From Escherichia coli (GTDB lineage: Bacteria; Pseudomonadota; Gammaproteobacteria; Enterobacterales; Enterobacteriaceae): a stretch of 64,000 nucleotides of DNA. The notes beneath the pieces are model-generated. The model had not been told where the DNA came from and did no database searches. It worked only from the letters and a program-made list of their open reading frames with translations. A program made the translations under genes and the position numbers. The stretch lies in assembly GCF_030013595.1 (NCBI RefSeq), contig NZ_CP122768.1; one strand, written 5' to 3'. Position 1 is the first letter of the stretch. Every line of letters starts with the position of its first letter. Below, piece after piece: positions 24,671 through 33,944 of the stretch.

Positions 24671-27600
24671 ATGATTACTATTGACGGTAATGGCGCGGTT
24701 GCTTCGGTGGCGTTTCGCACCAGTGAAGTTATCGCCATCTACCCTATTACCCCCAGTTCCACAATGGCAGAACAGGCTGATGCCTGGGCCGGAAACGGCT
24801 TGAAGAACGTTTGGGGAGACACACCACGCGTGGTTGAAATGCAGTCGGAAGCGGGTGCTATCGCTACCGTGCATGGCGCTTTGCAGACGGGTGCCCTTTC
24901 AACATCGTTTACGTCATCGCAGGGTTTGCTGCTGATGATCCCGACGCTGTACAAACTGGCAGGCGAACTGACGCCATTTGTCCTGCATGTAGCGGCACGT
25001 ACCGTTGCCACACATGCACTCTCTATTTTTGGCGATCATTCCGACGTTATGGCGGTGCGCCAGACGGGTTGCGCGATGTTGTGTGCGGCTAACGTCCAGG
25101 AAGCGCAAGACTTTGCTCTCATTTCGCACATCGCAACGCTGAAGAGCCGCGTGCCATTTATTCATTTCTTTGATGGTTTCCGCACGTCCCACGAAATCAA
25201 TAAAATTGTCCCGCTGGCCGATGACACTATTCTTGATCTCATGCCGCAGGCCGAAATTGATGCTCATCGCGCCCGGGCGCTCAACCCGGAACATCCGGTG
25301 ATCCGCGGTACGTCCGCCAATCCTGACACTTATTTCCAGTCTCGCGAAGCCACCAACCCGTGGTACAACGCAGTTTACGACCATGTTGAACAGGCGATGA
25401 ATGATTTCGCTGCCGCGACAGGTCGTCAGTATCAGCCGTTTGAGTATTACGGGCATCCGCAAGCGGAACGGGTGATTATCCTGATGGACTCTGCCATTGG
25501 CACCTGTGAAGAAGTCGTTGATGAATTGCTAACCCGTGGCGAAAAAGTCGGCGTGCTGAAAGTTCGCCTGTACCGTCCCTTCTCCGCCAAACACTTGCTA
25601 CAAGCTCTGCCGGGATCCGTACGCAGCGTGGCGGTACTGGACAGAACCAAAGAACCCGGTGCCCAGGCTGAACCGCTCTATCTGGATGTGATGACCGCAC
25701 TGGCAGAAGCCTTTAATAATGGCGAGCGCGAAACCCTGCCCCGTGTCATTGGTGGGCGCTATGGTCTTTCATCCAAAGAATTTGGCCCGGACTGTGTACT
25801 GGCGGTATTTGCCGAGCTCAACGCGGCTAAACCGAAAGCGCGCTTTACGGTTGGTATTTACGATGATGTGACCAATCTGTCACTGCCGTTGCCGGAAAAC
25901 ACCCTGCCAAACTCGGCGAAACTTGAAGCCTTGTTTTATGGCCTTGGTAGTGATGGCAGCGTTTCCGCGACCAAAAACAATATCAAGATTATCGGTAATT
26001 CCACGCCGTGGTACGCACAGGGCTATTTTGTTTACGACTCCAAAAAGGCGGGCGGCCTGACGGTTTCTCACCTTCGCGTGAGCGAGCAGCCGATTCGTTC
26101 CGCTTATCTGATTTCCCAGGCTGATTTTGTTGGCTGCCACCAGTTGCAGTTTATTGATAAATATCAGATGGCTGAACGTTTAAAACCTGGCGGCATTTTC
26201 CTGCTCAACACACCGTACAGCGCAGATGAAGTATGGTCGCGCTTGCCGCAGGAAGTTCAGGCCGTGTTAAACCAGAAAAAGGCGCGCTTCTATGTGATTA
26301 ACGCGGCGAAAATCGCCCGCGAATGTGGCCTGGCGGCCCGTATTAATACCGTCATGCAGATGGCTTTTTTCCATCTGACGCAAATTCTGCCTGGCGATAG
26401 CGCCCTCGCAGAATTGCAGGGTGCGATTGCCAAAAGTTACAGTAGCAAAGGTCAGGATCTGGTGGAGCGCAACTGGCAGGCTCTGGCGCTGGCGCGTGAA
26501 TCCGTAGAAGAAGTTCCGTTGCAGCCGGTTAATCCGCACAGCGCCAATCGACCGCCTGTGGTTTCCGATGCCGCTCCTGATTTCGTGAAAACCGTTACCG
26601 CGGCGATGCTCGCCGGGCTTGGTGATGCCCTCCCCGTTTCGGCGCTGCCGCCAGACGGCACCTGGCCGATGGGCACCACGCGCTGGGAAAAACGCAATAT
26701 CGCCGAAGAGATCCCCATCTGGAAAGAGGAACTCTGTACCCAATGTAACCACTGCGTCGCCGCTTGCCCACACTCAGCTATTCGCGCAAAAGTGGTACCG
26801 CCTGAAGCGATGGAAAACGCCCCTGCCAGCCTGCATTCGCTGGATGTGAAATCGCGTGATATGCGCGGGCAGAAATATGTCTTGCAGGTGGCACCGGAAG
26901 ATTGCACCGGTTGTAACCTGTGCGTCGAAGTTTGCCCGGCGAAAGACCGTCAGAATCCAGAGATTAAAGCCATCAATATGATGTCGCGGCTGGAACATGT
27001 CGAAGAAGAGAAAATCAATTACGATTTCTTCCTCAACCTGCCAGAAATCGACCGTAGCAAACTGGAACGTATTGATATTCGTACATCGCAGCTGATTACA
27101 CCGCTGTTTGAATATTCCGGTGCTTGCTCCGGTTGTGGCGAGACGCCGTATATTAAATTGCTGACTCAGCTCTATGGCGACCGGATGTTGATCGCTAACG
27201 CCACCGGCTGTTCTTCAATTTATGGCGGTAACCTGCCCTCTACACCGTATACCACCGATACCAACGGTCGTGGACCGGCATGGGCGAACTCGCTGTTTGA
27301 AGATAACGCCGAATTTGGCCTTGGTTTCCGCCTGACGGTCGATCAACACCGTGTCCGCGTGCTGCGTCTGCTGGATCAATTTGCCGATAAAATCCCGGCG
27401 GAATTACTAACTGCGTTGAAATCAGACGCCAAGCCAGAGGTTCGTCGTGAACAGGTTGCAGCTTTACGCCAGCAACTCAACGATGTTGCCGAAGCACATG
27501 AACTGCTACGTGACGCAGATGCACTGGTAGAAAAATCAATCTGGCTGATTGGTGGCGACGGCTGGGCTTACGATATCGGCTTTGGCGGTCTGGATCATGT

Positions 27601-28195
27601 ATTGAGTTTGACCGAAAACGTCAACATTCTGGTGCTGGATACGCAATGCTATTCCAATACCGGTGGTCAGGCGTCGAAAGCGACACCGCTGGGTGCAGTA
27701 ACTAAGTTTGGCGAGCATGGCAAACGTAAAGCGCGTAAAGATCTTGGCGTCAGTATGATGATGTACGGTCATGTTTATGTGGCGCAGATTTCTCTCGGCG
27801 CGCAGCTCAACCAGACGGTGAAAGCGATTCAGGAAGCGGAAGCGTATCCGGGGCCATCGCTGATCATCGCTTATAGCCCGTGTGAAGAGCATGGTTACGA
27901 TCTGGCACTCAGCCACGATCAGATGCGCCAACTCACTGCCACCGGCTTCTGGCCGCTATATCGCTTCGATCCACGTCGAGCCGATGAAGGCAAACTGCCG
28001 CTGGCACTGGATTCACGCCCGCCGTCAGAAGCACTGGAAGAAACGTTACTTCATGAGCAACGTTTCCGTCGTCTGAATTCGCAGCAGCCAGAAGTGGCAG
28101 AACAGTTATGGAAAGATGCTGCAGCTGATTTGCAAAAACGCTATGACTTCCTGGCACAAATGGCCGGAAAAGCGGAAAAAAGCAACACCGATTAA
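24671..28195 (+). CDS. ydbK: pyruvate:flavodoxin/ferredoxin oxidoreductase
   Basis: 1174 aa. Two 4Fe-4S motifs, CTQCNHCVAACP and CTGCNLCVEVCP. TPP site GGDGWAYDIGFGG. Confidence 0.95.
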   Translation: MITIDGNGAVASVAFRTSEVIAIYPITPSSTMAEQADAWAGNGLKNVWGDTPRVVEMQSEAGAIATVHGALQTGALSTSFTSSQGLLLMIPTLYKLAGELTPFVLHVAARTVATHALSIFGDHSDVMAVRQTGCAMLCAANVQEAQDFALISHIATLKSRVPFIHFFDGFRTSHEINKIVPLADDTILDLMPQAEIDAHRARALNPEHPVIRGTSANPDTYFQSREATNPWYNAVYDHVEQAMNDFAAATGRQYQPFEYYGHPQAERVIILMDSAIGTCEEVVDELLTRGEKVGVLKVRLYRPFSAKHLLQALPGSVRSVAVLDRTKEPGAQAEPLYLDVMTALAEAFNNGERETLPRVIGGRYGLSSKEFGPDCVLAVFAELNAAKPKARFTVGIYDDVTNLSLPLPENTLPNSAKLEALFYGLGSDGSVSATKNNIKIIGNSTPWYAQGYFVYDSKKAGGLTVSHLRVSEQPIRSAYLISQADFVGCHQLQFIDKYQMAERLKPGGIFLLNTPYSADEVWSRLPQEVQAVLNQKKARFYVINAAKIARECGLAARINTVMQMAFFHLTQILPGDSALAELQGAIAKSYSSKGQDLVERNWQALALARESVEEVPLQPVNPHSANRPPVVSDAAPDFVKTVTAAMLAGLGDALPVSALPPDGTWPMGTTRWEKRNIAEEIPIWKEELCTQCNHCVAACPHSAIRAKVVPPEAMENAPASLHSLDVKSRDMRGQKYVLQVAPEDCTGCNLCVEVCPAKDRQNPEIKAINMMSRLEHVEEEKINYDFFLNLPEIDRSKLERIDIRTSQLITPLFEYSGACSGCGETPYIKLLTQLYGDRMLIANATGCSSIYGGNLPSTPYTTDTNGRGPAWANSLFEDNAEFGLGFRLTVDQHRVRVLRLLDQFADKIPAELLTALKSDAKPEVRREQVAALRQQLNDVAEAHELLRDADALVEKSIWLIGGDGWAYDIGFGGLDHVLSLTENVNILVLDTQCYSNTGGQASKATPLGAVTKFGEHGKRKARKDLGVSMMMYGHVYVAQISLGAQLNQTVKAIQEAEAYPGPSLIIAYSPCEEHGYDLALSHDQMRQLTATGFWPLYRFDPRRADEGKLPLALDSRPPSEALEETLLHEQRFRRLNSQQPEVAEQLWKDAAADLQKRYDFLAQMAGKAEKSNTD

Positions 28196-28223
28196 ATGCT
28201 CTGGATAAGAATTATCCAATTCT

Positions 28224-28328
28224 AAAAAAAAGCCCGAACGACTGTTCGGGCTTGTCTCATTATTTGTTGGATAAACAGTAACAAGGGTCCAACAGAAAAT
28301 AATCTTTGTGACAATAAAGGCATATAAC
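28224..28328 (-). ncRNA. micC: MicC sRNA (Hfq-dependent repressor of ompC)
   Basis: The minus strand starts GTTATATGCCTTTATTGTCACA (the MicC 5' seed as I recall it) and ends in AAGCCCGAACAGTCGTTCGGGCTTTTTTTT. It lies between ydbK and ompN, divergent from ompN, as in K-12. Confidence 0.85.
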
Positions 28329-28555
28329 CCGCGAAGAATAACGTATAGCAAATTAAAAGTATAATTTTTATTTTGTATGTATTATCTTCGATACATTCAC
28401 CAGACTTATTATCATTTCAGAAGAATTATTTGATTAAGGTTTTACTTAAGGCGTAACAAATGATATTTATCGGCTAACTGAACTTCTCCTTTAGGATGTT
28501 TTCACTCCCCGAAATGGGGATAAAAGGCAAATAAAATAACTAAAGGATTTATTCA

Positions 28556-29689
28556 ATGAAAAGCAAAGTACTGGCACTTTTAATTCCTGCCCTGCTCGCC
28601 GCAGGTGCTGCACATGCAGCCGAAGTTTATAATAAAGACGGCAACAAATTAGATCTGTATGGCAAAGTTGATGGCCTGCATTATTTTTCTGATAATTCAG
28701 CGAAAGATGGTGACCAGAGCTATGCGCGTCTGGGTTTTAAAGGCGAAACCCAAATTAACGATCAACTCACTGGCTACGGTCAATGGGAATACAATATTCA
28801 GGCAAACAACACTGAATCCTCAAAAAACCAGTCATGGACCCGTCTGGCATTTGCCGGATTGAAATTTGCAGATTACGGTTCTTTCGATTACGGACGTAAT
28901 TATGGCGTAATGTACGACATCGAAGGCTGGACCGATATGCTGCCTGAATTTGGCGGTGACTCTTATACCAATGCAGACAACTTTATGACTGGTCGTGCCA
29001 ATGGCGTCGCGACTTATCGTAATACTGATTTCTTCGGTCTGGTAAATGGTCTGAACTTCGCGGTGCAGTATCAAGGTAACAACGAAGGTGCCAGTAATGG
29101 TCAGGAAGGCACCAACAACGGACGTGATGTTCGCCATGAAAACGGTGACGGCTGGGGTCTTTCCACAACATATGATTTAGGCATGGGCTTTAGCGCTGGT
29201 GCGGCATACACCTCTTCTGACCGCACCAATGACCAGGTTAACCATACTGCGGCGGGTGGTGATAAAGCAGACGCGTGGACTGCTGGGCTAAAATACGATG
29301 CTAACAATATTTACCTGGCAACCATGTATTCAGAAACGCGTAATATGACCCCGTTTGGCGACAGCGATTATGCTGTTGCTAACAAAACCCAGAACTTTGA
29401 AGTTACTGCACAGTACCAGTTTGATTTTGGTCTGCGTCCGGCAGTCTCTTTCCTGATGTCTAAAGGCCGTGACCTGCACGCTGCCGGTGGTGCAGACAAC
29501 CCGGCAGGTGTTGATGATAAAGATCTGGTTAAATACGCCGATGTTGGCGCGACTTACTATTTCAACAAAAATATGTCCACCTACGTTGACTATAAAATCA
29601 ACCTGTTGGATGAAGATGACAGCTTCTACGCTGCCAACGGCATCTCTACCGATGATATTGTCGCTTTAGGTCTGGTTTATCAGTTCTAA
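28556..29689 (+). CDS. ompN: outer-membrane porin OmpN
   Basis: 377 aa. Signal peptide [21 protein letters not shown]. General-porin sequence ending GLVYQF. Confidence 0.95.
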   Translation: MKSKVLALLIPALLAAGAAHAAEVYNKDGNKLDLYGKVDGLHYFSDNSAKDGDQSYARLGFKGETQINDQLTGYGQWEYNIQANNTESSKNQSWTRLAFAGLKFADYGSFDYGRNYGVMYDIEGWTDMLPEFGGDSYTNADNFMTGRANGVATYRNTDFFGLVNGLNFAVQYQGNNEGASNGQEGTNNGRDVRHENGDGWGLSTTYDLGMGFSAGAAYTSSDRTNDQVNHTAAGGDKADAWTAGLKYDANNIYLATMYSETRNMTPFGDSDYAVANKTQNFEVTAQYQFDFGLRPAVSFLMSKGRDLHAAGGADNPAGVDDKDLVKYADVGATYYFNKNMSTYVDYKINLLDEDDSFYAANGISTDDIVALGLVYQF

Positions 29690-29697
29690 ATCCTCCT

Positions 29698-29722
29698 GCC
29701 CGCTGTTATGGCGGGCTTTTTC
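29698..29722 (+). terminator. ompN terminator
   Basis: GCCCGC-tgttatg-GCGGGC followed by TTTTTC. Confidence 0.8.
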
Positions 29723-29748
29723 TGCTTATTCTTCCTCCTTTGATCTAA

Positions 29749-30264
<516 letters not shown>

Positions 30265-30271
30265 CACTAAC

Positions 30272-30296
30272 GCCCGCACATTGCTGCGGGCTTTTT
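30272..30296 (+). terminator. uspF terminator
   Basis: GCCCGCA-cattgc-TGCGGGC followed by TTTTT. Confidence 0.8.
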
Positions 30297-30439
30297 GATT
30301 CATTTCGCAAATGTGCTGACATTTTCCCCTCTAATCCGTACCATACACGCCACAGTTTTTATATCAGATTTCTTATGCTGGGCGTTCCGGCATGACGCAT
30401 ACTCTTCTGATGCCATATAACGAATTGAGTCGCTTTTAA

Positions 30440-30493
30440 ATGTCGCAAAATCAAGAAATTAGTAAGAAAGAACAATACAACCTGAACAAGTAA
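30440..30493 (+). pseudogene. ttcC: displaced 5' end of ttcA (ttcC-type remnant) marking the prophage junction
   Basis: ATG TCG CAA AAT ... = MSQNQEISKKEQYNLNK*. This resembles the TtcA N-terminus (..KKEQYNLNKLQKRL.. from memory) and is truncated at codon 17. Same position (next to uspF) as the Rac attR in K-12. Confidence 0.7.
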
Positions 30494-30590
30494 GGGCAAA
30501 AATCACAACTATCTGACGCATAATAATTTTATTTATTTTTCAATACGTTAAGCAACATCAACAACTACAATAAGCTACGATAACCCACTC

Positions 30591-30643
30591 TTTTTTTGCC
30601 CCATTTTTGCCCCTTTTGCGGCTTTTTGCCCCATTTTTGCCAC
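30591..30643. repeat. five tandem ~10-11 bp T-tract repeats, consensus TTTTTGCCCC(A)
   Basis: TTTTTTTGCCCCA TTTTTGCCCC TTTTGCGGC TTTTTGCCCCA TTTTTGCCAC, followed by an A7 tract (30645-30651). The G of each GCC recurs every 9-11 bp. Confidence 0.85.
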
Positions 30644-30803
30644 TAAAAAAATCCTAAAACACCCAATCCGTGAACTGCAATTGGCACCCATGAATACTTT
30701 CCAATAGAATCTGTATCGGCTGGAAATCATTCAATACTCGCACTATCGAAAGTTATCCAGCCAGCCGCGGTACGTTCTTGCATACGACGTGCCGCGGCTT
30801 CTG

Positions 30804-31370
30804 TTATTCCACTACAAAATTCCTAACCGACCTCAAATCCTCCAGACTGCTCAGTTCCTCTTTCATCTCCCGCTGACGCCGATAAATCTCATCGTTGCGA
30901 TCGACCTGTGCCTGCACCATTGCAGTAAGCAGCTCATCCAGTTTCTGCATCGACAGTTTCACCTGTTGATTATCGGCATCACCCCACGCAAGGGTGGTTC
31001 GTGCCGTATCGGATTTCGCCGCCATTACTACCGGATAAAGACGGGCCATTGAGTCGGGGCCAGCATTCCAGGTACGACCGTTCCATTCGAACGTGAACGG
31101 CTGCGCTTCCTGTTCTGCACGCCAGGCGTTGATTTCCTGGCGTTTAGCGGCTTTTGCCGCTGCGATAAGTTCCGGCGTGACGGTGAACGGGGCGATTTCG
31201 CCCCATTTGCCGCTTTGTAACTCTTCCCAGATACGCTGACCTGTTGTTGCCGTGTCTTCTGGTGTGGCGGTGTACGGAACGGGGGCTTCCATACCCTCAA
31301 ACAGAACATCGCAGTCAATCGCACCGGATTCGGTATAACGGGGACTGGTAATCTCTTTTATCTGCATCAT
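30804..31370 (-). CDS. tail fibre assembly chaperone (Tfa-like) for the Stf-like fibre
   Basis: 188 aa immediately downstream of and overlapping the fibre gene. Tfa-like sequence and position. Confidence 0.75.
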   Translation of the reverse strand: MMQIKEITSPRYTESGAIDCDVLFEGMEAPVPYTATPEDTATTGQRIWEELQSGKWGEIAPFTVTPELIAAAKAAKRQEINAWRAEQEAQPFTFEWNGRTWNAGPDSMARLYPVVMAAKSDTARTTLAWGDADNQQVKLSMQKLDELLTAMVQAQVDRNDEIYRRQREMKEELSSLEDLRSVRNFVVE

Positions 31371-33370
31371 GCAATCCTCACAAACAAAGAAACTAAGCCC
31401 CGGTTATAAAACTTAACATCCGGGCCGCCAGATAAAGCGACATATGTACCAGGCAGGGTACCCCCGTAGACAAATGACCTCGCAGCAGCACTAAATCCTG
31501 ACGTGCGATACTCCGCTTCAAAGACCACCTGCCGGAGTCTTGAGCCTGACACGCCTTGTGCACGAAGTAACGTAACCTCACTGCTGCCATCGTCCGGTAG
31601 GTATGCAGCAAGAACCAGGCCTCCGGGGAACGGAGGACGCTTTGATGTATTTTCTGTTGCATACAACAGTTGCATCAGGCTATTACGTGACCAGAACAAC
31701 CGCGACCATGCTTTTGGTAGGTCTGGCGGACGCATGGATTTTTTAACCAGTACCTGATATTTCGCAGGACCTTCACCGAATCCCCCATCGTATTCTGCAT
31801 CACCATGAAACGTTATCCACCGACGCGCTTCTGCTTCAATACCGGCAGAGTCAATTCCGTATCGTATGTCTATATCCACAAGTCCACGGAAATAAGGTTG
31901 CCCCATGTCATACGCAATGATGGGGTTATACGAAGTGTTAGTCCCTCCATATTGTGTTACCGCGTAACGCCCGGGGGTGACTTCGAACACCCATTTCAGA
32001 AATTCGGCAGGGCCATTTTGGGCGCTGAAATACACCACTTCCGACGAAGAGAACACATGCCCGTATCCGAACGCCCCCGGCAGAGCAAGACATCCTGCGG
32101 TTCTGTCATAAATATCGCTCTGAGCCTCCATTGTTGCGGCTGCTTTCAGTTCAAGCTCTGTGCGCATGGCTTCAGGCGTGTCCAGTACCAGTAATGCGCG
32201 GGCTTTTTCTGACAACGGAGACAGTGAAGCATTTCCGTCCTGATTAAAGTACAGAAGATTATCTGCCCGTTGCGTCAGTTCACTGAGTTCACTGATTGCT
32301 GTCAGCACATCGTTTAACGGTTGTTTACCTGCCAGCGCGTTAATGACCGTCGTTGAAAAGTTCGGGTCATTCCCCAGCGCCGCTGCCAGCTCGTTCAGTG
32401 TGTCCAGGGCTTCCGGTGACGAGTCAACCAGTGCGGCGAGAAGTTTGCGGACAAACGCCGCGTTCGCTGTTTCCAGACCGACTGCATCGTCCGGTGGGGT
32501 TGGTGTGGTTGGCGTACCCGTGAACGCCGGGCTGTCCAGTGGCGCTTTTGTTTTCGTCTCGTCCATGACGGTTTTGACAGCCTTTGGTGTGGCTGCCAGC
32601 TCTTCGCTGTCGTTGTCCGTATCACTACAGAGTTGCACCAGGCCTTTTTCTGTCGTGGAAGCATTGCTTCCCTTCAGGTCATCAACTATCCGTTGCGCCT
32701 CGTCCTTATGCTGTTTCGCGTTCTGCTCGCTTTTTGCTGCCGCTTCGGCGCTGGCTTTTGCCTCGCCGGTCAGCGTTGCAGCTTCACCGAGTTTATCGAC
32801 CGCTTTCTTGACTATCGTGTCGGCATCCTTGACGGCCTGCTCTGCGCGGGCGGCATCCTGTGTGGCAGATGATGCCAGCTGTGCCACCTGCTTTTTATCT
32901 TTGGCAACGGCTTCTGCATTCTGCTGTACGTTATCCGCCAGCGTCTCGCAGTCGCTCTTAATTTGTTGCGCATCAGCGACGTGTTGCCCGGCCTGTTGTT
33001 CGCTTTCCGCTGCCGCTTCCGCGCTCTGCTGCGCCTGCGCCACCATTTCCTCAAAGCGTTTCACCACGTCGGGTTTGAGGTCGCCTTCATCAAGGGCAGT
33101 CAGAAAGTCGTTCAGCGTACCGGGCCTGGAGTCGTCGTATACAGCAATGTCGCCAACACAGTACTCGTCGCGCCAGTCCTGCTTCAGATATACGCAATAT
33201 TTTCCGGTTTGCGCCTTAAAACAGTACTCGCCACAGTTTCCTGTCACCACGTCGGCAACTGTGCGCATCACCACTTCTGAGGTGTTTACCCGGGATTTCA
33301 GAATTATGTGGCATCCGGACATGGGGATGCCTGCGCCATCTATCAGCGCACCTGATATCACTACAGACAT
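31367..33370 (-). CDS. side tail fibre (lambda Stf / StfR-like)
   Basis: 667 aa. N-terminal prophage-fibre domain (MSVVISGALIDGAGIPMSGCHIILKSR..TLNDFL). Ala/Gln/Lys coiled coil. Conserved collar TTEKGLVQL..ELAATPKAVKTVMDET..APLDSPAFTGTPT and ALDTLNELAAALGNDPNF. Ends ..FVRIA like Stf. Confidence 0.85.
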   Translation of the reverse strand: MSVVISGALIDGAGIPMSGCHIILKSRVNTSEVVMRTVADVVTGNCGEYCFKAQTGKYCVYLKQDWRDEYCVGDIAVYDDSRPGTLNDFLTALDEGDLKPDVVKRFEEMVAQAQQSAEAAAESEQQAGQHVADAQQIKSDCETLADNVQQNAEAVAKDKKQVAQLASSATQDAARAEQAVKDADTIVKKAVDKLGEAATLTGEAKASAEAAAKSEQNAKQHKDEAQRIVDDLKGSNASTTEKGLVQLCSDTDNDSEELAATPKAVKTVMDETKTKAPLDSPAFTGTPTTPTPPDDAVGLETANAAFVRKLLAALVDSSPEALDTLNELAAALGNDPNFSTTVINALAGKQPLNDVLTAISELSELTQRADNLLYFNQDGNASLSPLSEKARALLVLDTPEAMRTELELKAAATMEAQSDIYDRTAGCLALPGAFGYGHVFSSSEVVYFSAQNGPAEFLKWVFEVTPGRYAVTQYGGTNTSYNPIIAYDMGQPYFRGLVDIDIRYGIDSAGIEAEARRWITFHGDAEYDGGFGEGPAKYQVLVKKSMRPPDLPKAWSRLFWSRNSLMQLLYATENTSKRPPFPGGLVLAAYLPDDGSSEVTLLRAQGVSGSRLRQVVFEAEYRTSGFSAAARSFVYGGTLPGTYVALSGGPDVKFYNRGLVSLFVRIA

Positions 33371-33393
33371 AGTTTTTCTCGCGATAAATTAAA

Positions 33394-33942
33394 TCAGGAA
33401 GAGGCTTCCGGAGAGACGGGCCATTCAATGGCGTTATATGAGGTTTTATCAGTGATAATGTTGAAATCCATCGCCTGCAGCGATTTCGCGTAAATGCGGT
33501 ACGCTTTCAGTTTCTCCCTGTCTTCGTCACTGATTAATCCCAGCAGCAGGTCTTTTTCCCATTCGCTGGTCATGATGCTGGCCTGTTTTAACAGTGCATC
33601 ACGCTCATCTTCCGCTTTAAGTTTGTAGTCAAAAACAAATTCATCATTGCGGTAGAACCAGTATCCCGACGCCTCAATGCGACGATTAGCGGTAATATCC
33701 GGCAACTCAATCACACTTTTATTTTCCGGGCAGATTGAGGTGATGTCTTTTCCGACCCAGACCACTTCGCCAGTTTCAACATAAATAACTTTCAGAGTGT
33801 CTGGCTGAAATTTTTCCTGGGCTTCGTGCCATTCCTGACCATCATCGGAGAACAGCCACAATAAAAATTTATGCTGTCGTGCCAGCTGGTATTGCTCAAT
33901 TGTTTTAGGGTTTTGTGCCGTAAGATTTTTTAAGTGCATCAT
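33394..33942 (-). CDS. tail fibre assembly chaperone (second copy, different family member)
   Basis: 182 aa directly after the first fibre gene. Its C-terminal region (..REKLKAYRIYAKSLQAMD...IEWPVSPE) is typical of caudoviral Tfa proteins. Confidence 0.7.
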   Translation of the reverse strand: MMHLKNLTAQNPKTIEQYQLARQHKFLLWLFSDDGQEWHEAQEKFQPDTLKVIYVETGEVVWVGKDITSICPENKSVIELPDITANRRIEASGYWFYRNDEFVFDYKLKAEDERDALLKQASIMTSEWEKDLLLGLISDEDREKLKAYRIYAKSLQAMDFNIITDKTSYNAIEWPVSPEASS

Positions 33943-33944
33943 GA

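Noticed and set aside
30591-30643. Possible CRISPR-like array
   Set aside because: The units are only ~10 bp with no spacers, and no cas genes are present. Interpreted instead as phased T-tracts or arm-type sites.
32343-33392. 349-aa plus-strand ORF antisense to the Stf-like fibre gene
   Set aside because: It is Ser/Ala/Cys-rich low-complexity sequence with no SD. It is the mirror frame of the Ala/Gln/Lys-rich coiled-coil region encoded on the minus strand, i.e. a shadow ORF.
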